Origin: an uncultured bacterium
GTDB lineage: Bacteria; Chloroflexota; UBA5177; JANWHV01
Direction of reading: 5' to 3'
Length of the DNA: 64,000 bases
Assembly: GCA_963827235.1 (NCBI GenBank)
Contig: CAWHAE010000009.1
Coordinates: forward strand, 864,001 to 928,000
The translations under genes and the position numbers were made by a program. Below the pieces are notes generated by a model, which did no database searches, had not been told where the DNA came from, and saw only the letters and a program-made list of their open reading frames with translations. Within the stretch, counting starts at the first letter, position 1. Each line of letters starts with the position of its first letter. Below are positions 58,855 through 64,000 of this stretch, piece after piece.

Positions 58855-60575
58855 TGACGGGCTACGACGCGTACGGCGATCAGACGAGCAGCATCGACGG
58901 GCGCGGGGTGAACGTGCCCGACACGACGACCTCGGCGACGGCGCCCAGCATCAGCCCCAACGGCCAGGCCGCCACCTACACCAGCCAGTGGACCTACACG
59001 ACGGCGGGCGACGTGCACACGAGCGTGACGCCGCCTACCACGACGACGCTGAACGGGAACACCAACACGGCGCCGGTCACGCCCACCTTTGGCTACGACG
59101 GCGACGGCAACCAGACCTCCGTGCTGGACGGCAACGGCAACACGACTGCGACGAGCTACGACCACCTGGGCCGGGTGACGAGCACGACGCTACCGCAGGT
59201 GACGCTCTACACCGGCGGCAACGCCACGCCCACGAGCGCCGTCACCCACGACGGGGACGGCAACGCGGTGAGCACCACCGACGGAGCAGGCGGGACGAGC
59301 ACGGCCAGCTACGACCCGCTGGGCCGCATCGTGAGCAGCGCCAACCAGATCGGCGAGACGACGATCTTCACCTACACGGCGACGGAAGACGCCGCCACGC
59401 GCGACCCGCAGGGGAACGTCACCACCTATGGCACCTACGACGCGGCGGGCCGGCTGGGCCAGGTGACGGATGGGTCGAGCCGCACGCAGCAATTCACGTA
59501 CGACAACGCCGGCATCGTGACCGGCGTGACCACCGGTAGCTCAGGTAGCCCGGTGCAGACGGAGACGCGCACCTACGACGCCCTGAACGAGCTGGCCACT
59601 GACACCGTCTCCGGCCCCAGCACCTCGGCACAGACCACCACCCTCAGCTACGACCTGCACGGCAACCTGGTGCGGCAGGACCATGCCAACGGCGACGTGA
59701 CCTTCACCAGCTACGACCTGGCCGGCGACGCGACCAGCAGCGAGCGCGACCCCAACAACGCCACCCTGCCCACGCACAGCAGCCAGGAGTGTGTGAGCCA
59801 GGACCAGGCAGCGAACACCACCAGCGGCACGGATTGGGACAGCCAATCTACCCAGCTGACGATCGACGGCGCCGAGCGGCTGACGGCAGGCACGAACAGC
59901 TACGGCAGCACGATCAGCACCAGCTTCGACCCCAACGGCAACGTGCTCAAGCTCTCCGAGACGGCGGGCACCACCAACAGCACGGACTCGTTCGGCTACA
60001 ACGCGGCCAACTGGGCCACGAGCAGCACGGACGGCACGCTGAGCACGAGCTACGGCTACGACGGTGCCGCACGGCTGCGCACCTTCAGCATCGCGGCACC
60101 GGCAGGCACGGTGAGCATCACGCTGAACGCGGCCGGCCTCTCCACCGCCATCTCCGACGGCACCTACGCCACCGGCATCACGCGCAACGGCAACGACCTG
60201 CCCGCGCAGATCAGCCTGCCGGGCAGCGTGGCCCAGCACGGGCAGTACGACGGGGCAAGTCGCACCACCTACGTGGACGCCATCGGGCCCACGGGGGTCA
60301 ACACTCCTGCAGGTCCCGTGGAGGTCACCACTGACGCTACCAAGGGGGTCTCGCAGATTGGGAATGAGCTCAGTCTTGCCGGCTCAAACGGAAATGTAAT
60401 TATATACGATGAGGGTAAGCTCATGTCGAACAAGGCGTTTGGCAATCTCTACGCGGAGTACGGTGGCCACGTTCTGCTCGCGCAGAGCGAGTCGCAGTTG
60501 ATCCAGGCGGAATACTACCGACGGAGCATGCTAGGGCTGTCAAACAAACCGGGATCGTGCGTGACCGGCCCTTGA
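58855..60575 (+). pseudogene. Truncated RHS/YD-repeat protein fused to a short lower-GC toxin-like tip
   Basis: Many 'YD..G' repeats (YDAYG, YDGDG, YDHLGR, YDPLGR, YDAAGR); no plausible N-terminus; no RHS core before the composition change near 60305. Confidence 0.8.
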
Positions 60576-60750
60576 GCCCTGTGCGCGAACTGCCCCTGCC
60601 GAGCCGACACCAGCGTCGGGCCGAGTGCAGGCGCGAGTGGCCCGTAGGCGCCACCAGGGCCGTCGTACCATGCGGCGGCCCCACCTGTCTCGCGGGATGG
60701 ACTTACGTGCTCGCGACAGCGCCGCCGGATGTGGGTCCACAGGAGACGCG

Positions 60751-61497
60751 ATGAGCGCTGGACTGTCGGTATGGCTTAGGGAGCCTCTGACCGAGGCGGG
60801 CTACGTACGCGTTGGGGACCGGCTGCGCACGCTGGCGCGGCAGGTGGGCTTCAGCCAAGAGGCGTCCGGCGAGACCATCGTCTCTTGGACCTTGATCGAT
60901 TTCTATCTTCCCGTCGATGGGGTAGAGGCGGGCGCCGATATCGCCTCAGTGTACGTAGACGTGGAGCTCGAGGACGGCAAGAGCGGCCTCGAGCTCCTGG
61001 AGTCGTATCCCGAGGCCCAGCGGCCACACCTCAGGGCGATGGGCCTTCTGGACGACCGGGAGCAATTTGAGGAGGCCTTGGGCTTCTTCCCGGCGCAGCG
61101 GCTGCGCTGCGCTGCGTTGGGCAAAGACAGGGTACCGGCGGCGCTGGTCGGCCATGTCGCCCTGCACCTGGCTGAGCTGCTGGACGGCTACATTGGCCTG
61201 GATGGAGATCCCGAGCTTCCGCCGATACGGCCGGAGCGGGTGGACTTCGAGCCGGAGGGCTCGAAGCTGTTTTCCTTCAGGCGCCCGCCCGGCACGCCGC
61301 TGCGGCCATCCGGTCCCGGCCGGGTGTTTGAGGTGTACCACACGTATGCGTTGCAACGCGGCGTGATCGAGATCGTCGACGGCAAAGAGTGGAATCGCCT
61401 TGCCCGTTGGTACCGGACGATCATGGACGCGGAGTACTTTCGCCACTGGTTCCATGAGGGCGGGCTAGACGCCTGGAGCTCGCCGCGCCGGCGCTGA
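60751..61497 (+). CDS. Hypothetical protein, candidate immunity protein (tentatively DUF6368-like)
   Basis: AGGAG RBS; immediately follows the toxin-like tip; 'LGFFP.Q', 'GHVALHLAELLDG', 'DAEYFRHW'. Confidence 0.65.
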   Translation: MSAGLSVWLREPLTEAGYVRVGDRLRTLARQVGFSQEASGETIVSWTLIDFYLPVDGVEAGADIASVYVDVELEDGKSGLELLESYPEAQRPHLRAMGLLDDREQFEEALGFFPAQRLRCAALGKDRVPAALVGHVALHLAELLDGYIGLDGDPELPPIRPERVDFEPEGSKLFSFRRPPGTPLRPSGPGRVFEVYHTYALQRGVIEIVDGKEWNRLARWYRTIMDAEYFRHWFHEGGLDAWSSPRRR

Positions 61498-61564
61498 GCG
61501 AGCGCCGACGTAGCCTCATCGCGTGGCGGCATGGCACCGTGCGGTGGGAGAGGAGTCGAGGCAC

Positions 61565-62044
61565 ATGGCGGACTATCGGACGCTGGGGATCAGCGAGCCA
61601 CTGATGCGTGTCGTGAGCCAGGCCATCAACAACGGCCTCGCCTTGCTGCGGACGAGCGAGAGCCTGGTACCCGTGCTGTATTGCGGAGTGCCGGACGGTG
61701 AGATCCTGTCGATAGTGCTGGTCACCGATACGGCAGACCAGGCCATCGCCACCGGCCGCCTGGTCGTGGCGAGCGGAGCCAGCACCCTGTACGTGCTGAC
61801 CTACAGCGGCTTCGTGGGCGGCGGGGACTCGCCTACGCCGCGCACCCCGGCCATCCACGTCGAAGCATACGAGCGTGGCAAGGAGCACGGCGTGGGGCTG
61901 GCGATGCGCTACCGCCCGGCGGCGAGCCAGGATTTCGGCCCCATCGGCAGTCCCATCTACGTGGGGACGTTGCCGATGCCGGCGGCGGCCGCGTACCAGC
62001 CCGTCGTCGACTGGTATGAGAGGAAGCACCAGGCGCGCGCATAA
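61565..62044 (+). CDS. Hypothetical protein, candidate orphan immunity protein
   Basis: GAGG RBS; ~160 aa between two RHS fragments. Confidence 0.6.
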   Translation: MADYRTLGISEPLMRVVSQAINNGLALLRTSESLVPVLYCGVPDGEILSIVLVTDTADQAIATGRLVVASGASTLYVLTYSGFVGGGDSPTPRTPAIHVEAYERGKEHGVGLAMRYRPAASQDFGPIGSPIYVGTLPMPAAAAYQPVVDWYERKHQARA

Positions 62045-62071
62045 CCTGGGCAGGGACAGCGTCGCCCACTC

Positions 62072-62818
62072 GTGCCAGGCGACAACCTGACCAGCAGCAC
62101 CAGCAACGGCGGGCCAACCACCAGCTACAGCTACAGCACCAGCAACGCCAACCAGCTGGCCAGCACCACGACCAGCGGCGCGACGACCTACTACTTCTAC
62201 GACCAGAGCGGGCACGTCACCACCATCAGCTCCTCGAGCACCAACTACTGCCCGACCGCCAGCTACGGCGCCTGCCTGAGCTACAATGCCCAGGGCCGCC
62301 TGACCCAGGTGAGCAAGGCCAGCGGGCTGAGCGTCAGCATGACGTATAACGCCCAGGGGCAGCGCATGACCTACGCGACGAGCGGCGCCGGCAACAACCT
62401 GAGCGAGACCTTCCAGTATCGCGGCGGTGAGCTGGCCCAGGTGACGACGAGCGGCAGCCAGAGCACCACGGACACCTACCTCTACCGGCGCGACGGCACG
62501 CCGCTGGAGCTGATCCGCACGCAGAGCGGGGTGACCAGCAAGTACTGGTACGAGGTGGACGGCCGGGGCGACGTGATCGCGCTCACCGACGTCCCCGGCA
62601 ATACCGTGGACCGCTACACTTACGACCTGTGGGGCAAGGTCAGCGCCACCGAATCCGTTCCCCAACGCCTGCGCTTCGCCGGCGCCTGGTACGACCAGGA
62701 GCTGGGGTGGTACTGGATGACGACTCGAGCCTACGACCCGGTACTGGAGCGACACCCGCGAGCGGGTACCCGGCAGCCCGACCCCAGCCAGCAAGAAGGC
62801 ATCTTCACGTATGCCTGA
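62072..62818 (+). pseudogene. RHS repeat-associated core fragment with no toxin domain
   Basis: 'YNAQGRLT', 'DGRGDVIALTD..G..VDRYTYDLWG', 'RFAGAWYDQELGWYW...RAYDP', 'QPDP'; stops right after 'FTYA'. Confidence 0.85.
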
Positions 62819-63181
62819 GTGGTGCATCCAGTATCTGTGGCACTGGCTTCTATGCCGGCGAAAGCGGGTCAAACCCGCGACTTGGCAAGGAAATGAGGCT
62901 CCCCGTGCTAAAGCACAAGGCATCAGGTCCGCGGCTTATCTGCCGGATGCACCACTAAGCACGATCCGGTGGACTACAACGACACGGGCGGCATGCTGGT
63001 GCTCCGGGCCAACATGGTGGACGTGGTGTGTTCGACCGCGCTCAGCACCGTGCCGGTCAGCGAGGTGGCGTCCCCTACCGCGCGCGCAATTGCAGGCGCA
63101 CTCATAAGCATCGATGCTCCCGAGGCGCGGGCAACCGCCGGTCGCCGAGATCCTGTACCCTCATGGTGGAGGAGGGATGCC

Positions 63182-63478
63182 ATGATTACTGCCATTTTGC
63201 TCTGCACGGTCGATCGGCAGCGCATTCCTGAAACCGCGCAGTGCCTCGTCGATATTCCTGAGGTCTCCGAGGTCTATTCCGTGGCGGGAGACTACGATCT
63301 GGTCGCCATCGTACGCGTTCGCCACCACGACGATCTGGCGGACGTGGTGACCGCGAAGCTGGCCAAGCTGGACGCGATCACGCGGACCAACACACTGATT
63401 GCCTTCAAGACGTTCTCCACACACGATCTGGAGAGGCTGTTCTCAATCGGTAGCGAGGAGGTCGGCGGCTCGCGATAG
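63182..63478 (+). CDS. Stand-alone Lrp/AsnC ligand-binding domain protein
   Basis: 'EVYSVAGDYDLVAIVRV', 'TNTLIAFK'; GGAGG RBS. Confidence 0.9.
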   Translation: MITAILLCTVDRQRIPETAQCLVDIPEVSEVYSVAGDYDLVAIVRVRHHDDLADVVTAKLAKLDAITRTNTLIAFKTFSTHDLERLFSIGSEEVGGSR

Positions 63479-63494
63479 CGGCGCCGGCGGGCAG

Positions 63495-63650
63495 ATGAGT
63501 AGCCGAAGATCGCGGGCTCGCAACCAGCGCATCATGACCATCATCACGCTGATCGTGCTGCTGGCTATGATCCTCGGCACGGGTGTGCTCGTCTTTTCGG
63601 GCTCCATCACCCAGTCACCTGCGTCGAATACCACCGGCCAGAGCCTGTAG
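63495..63650 (+). CDS. Small single-pass membrane protein
   Basis: Basic N-terminus plus one TM segment 'IMTIITLIVLLAMILGTGVLVF'. Confidence 0.55.
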   Translation: MSSRRSRARNQRIMTIITLIVLLAMILGTGVLVFSGSITQSPASNTTGQSL

Positions 63651-63681
63651 CGGCTATGACACGAGACGAGTACCGGCGCTC

Positions 63682-64000
63682 ATGACCGCAGCTCTGCGGG
63701 ACTACCACGCCGCCCTCCGCTATCTGGAGGACCTGACCACGCGCCCGATCGTGCCGCGCGAGCAGGCGCGGTTGGCGCGTATCCAGATGTTGCTGGAGGC
63801 TCTCGGCCACCCCGAGCACGGTCTCAAATCCGTGCAGATAGCCGGCACGACGGGCAAGGGCTCGACGACCACCATGCTGGCGACCGTGCTGCGCGAGGCG
63901 GGGTACCGCACCGGTGCTTTCGTCTCGCCGCACCTGCAAAGCTACCGCGAGCGCATTGCCGTGGACGGCGTGCCCATCGGCGAGGCGGAATGGGTTCGCC
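63682..64000 (+). CDS. folC: Folylpolyglutamate/dihydrofolate synthase, N-terminal part; runs off the window end
   Basis: My translation: 'LLEALGHPE...IAGTTGKGST...AGYRTGAFVSPHLQSYRERI'. Confidence 0.9.
   Translation, partial: MTAALRDYHAALRYLEDLTTRPIVPREQARLARIQMLLEALGHPEHGLKSVQIAGTTGKGSTTTMLATVLREAGYRTGAFVSPHLQSYRERIAVDGVPIGEAEWVR

Noticed and set aside
62969-63181. N-terminal extension of the Lrp/AsnC ORF
   Set aside because: Strong RBS and family start at 63182; upstream part is probably debris of the RHS locus
1-64000. CRISPR array, tRNA/rRNA, IS element or integrase
   Set aside because: No regularly spaced repeats, cloverleaf or rRNA signatures, or transposase/recombinase motifs noticed by eye

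Overview
High-GC bacterial chromosomal window. Gene content and style suggest a Chloroflexota/Actinobacteria-like soil organism (inference). No rRNA, tRNA, CRISPR array or transposase was seen. In order it holds: a NarL-type two-component pair; a secreted beta-propeller; a polyol/sugar catabolic island (MtlD-like dehydrogenase, SIS isomerase, two paralogous DeoR regulators with near-twin sigma70 promoters, an ABC importer without ATPase, a Zn-dependent polyol dehydrogenase, an LsrK-like FGGY kinase); a 9-kb two-gene operon of giant proteins I cannot assign to any characterised family (~1700 aa with a twin-arginine leader, ~1330 aa with no leader); a small Tat-like protein plus a leaderless DUF4331 protein; a TPR protein; lgt; an M20 deacylase and an amino-acid ABC transporter; LysR/MFS; GntR-GH38-like-URO-D-like; a tightly coupled five-gene operon (coiled-coil protein, degenerate BrxD/DUF2791-like ATPase, intact BrxD/DUF2791-like ATPase, small unknown, SNF2 helicase) that looks like an undescribed defence-type system; a nucleotide-sugar dehydrogenase; a TetA(P)-like MFS; XRE/GNAT; MDMPI; uridine phosphorylase; a scrambled RHS toxin/immunity remnant; Lrp; and the start of folC. 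Three genes between 46.5 and 55 kb carry apparent single frameshifts. The best candidates for new biology are the giant-protein pair (14348-23456) and the dual-ATPase/SNF2 operon (44603-50084). Family names come from motif recognition by eye, not database searches.
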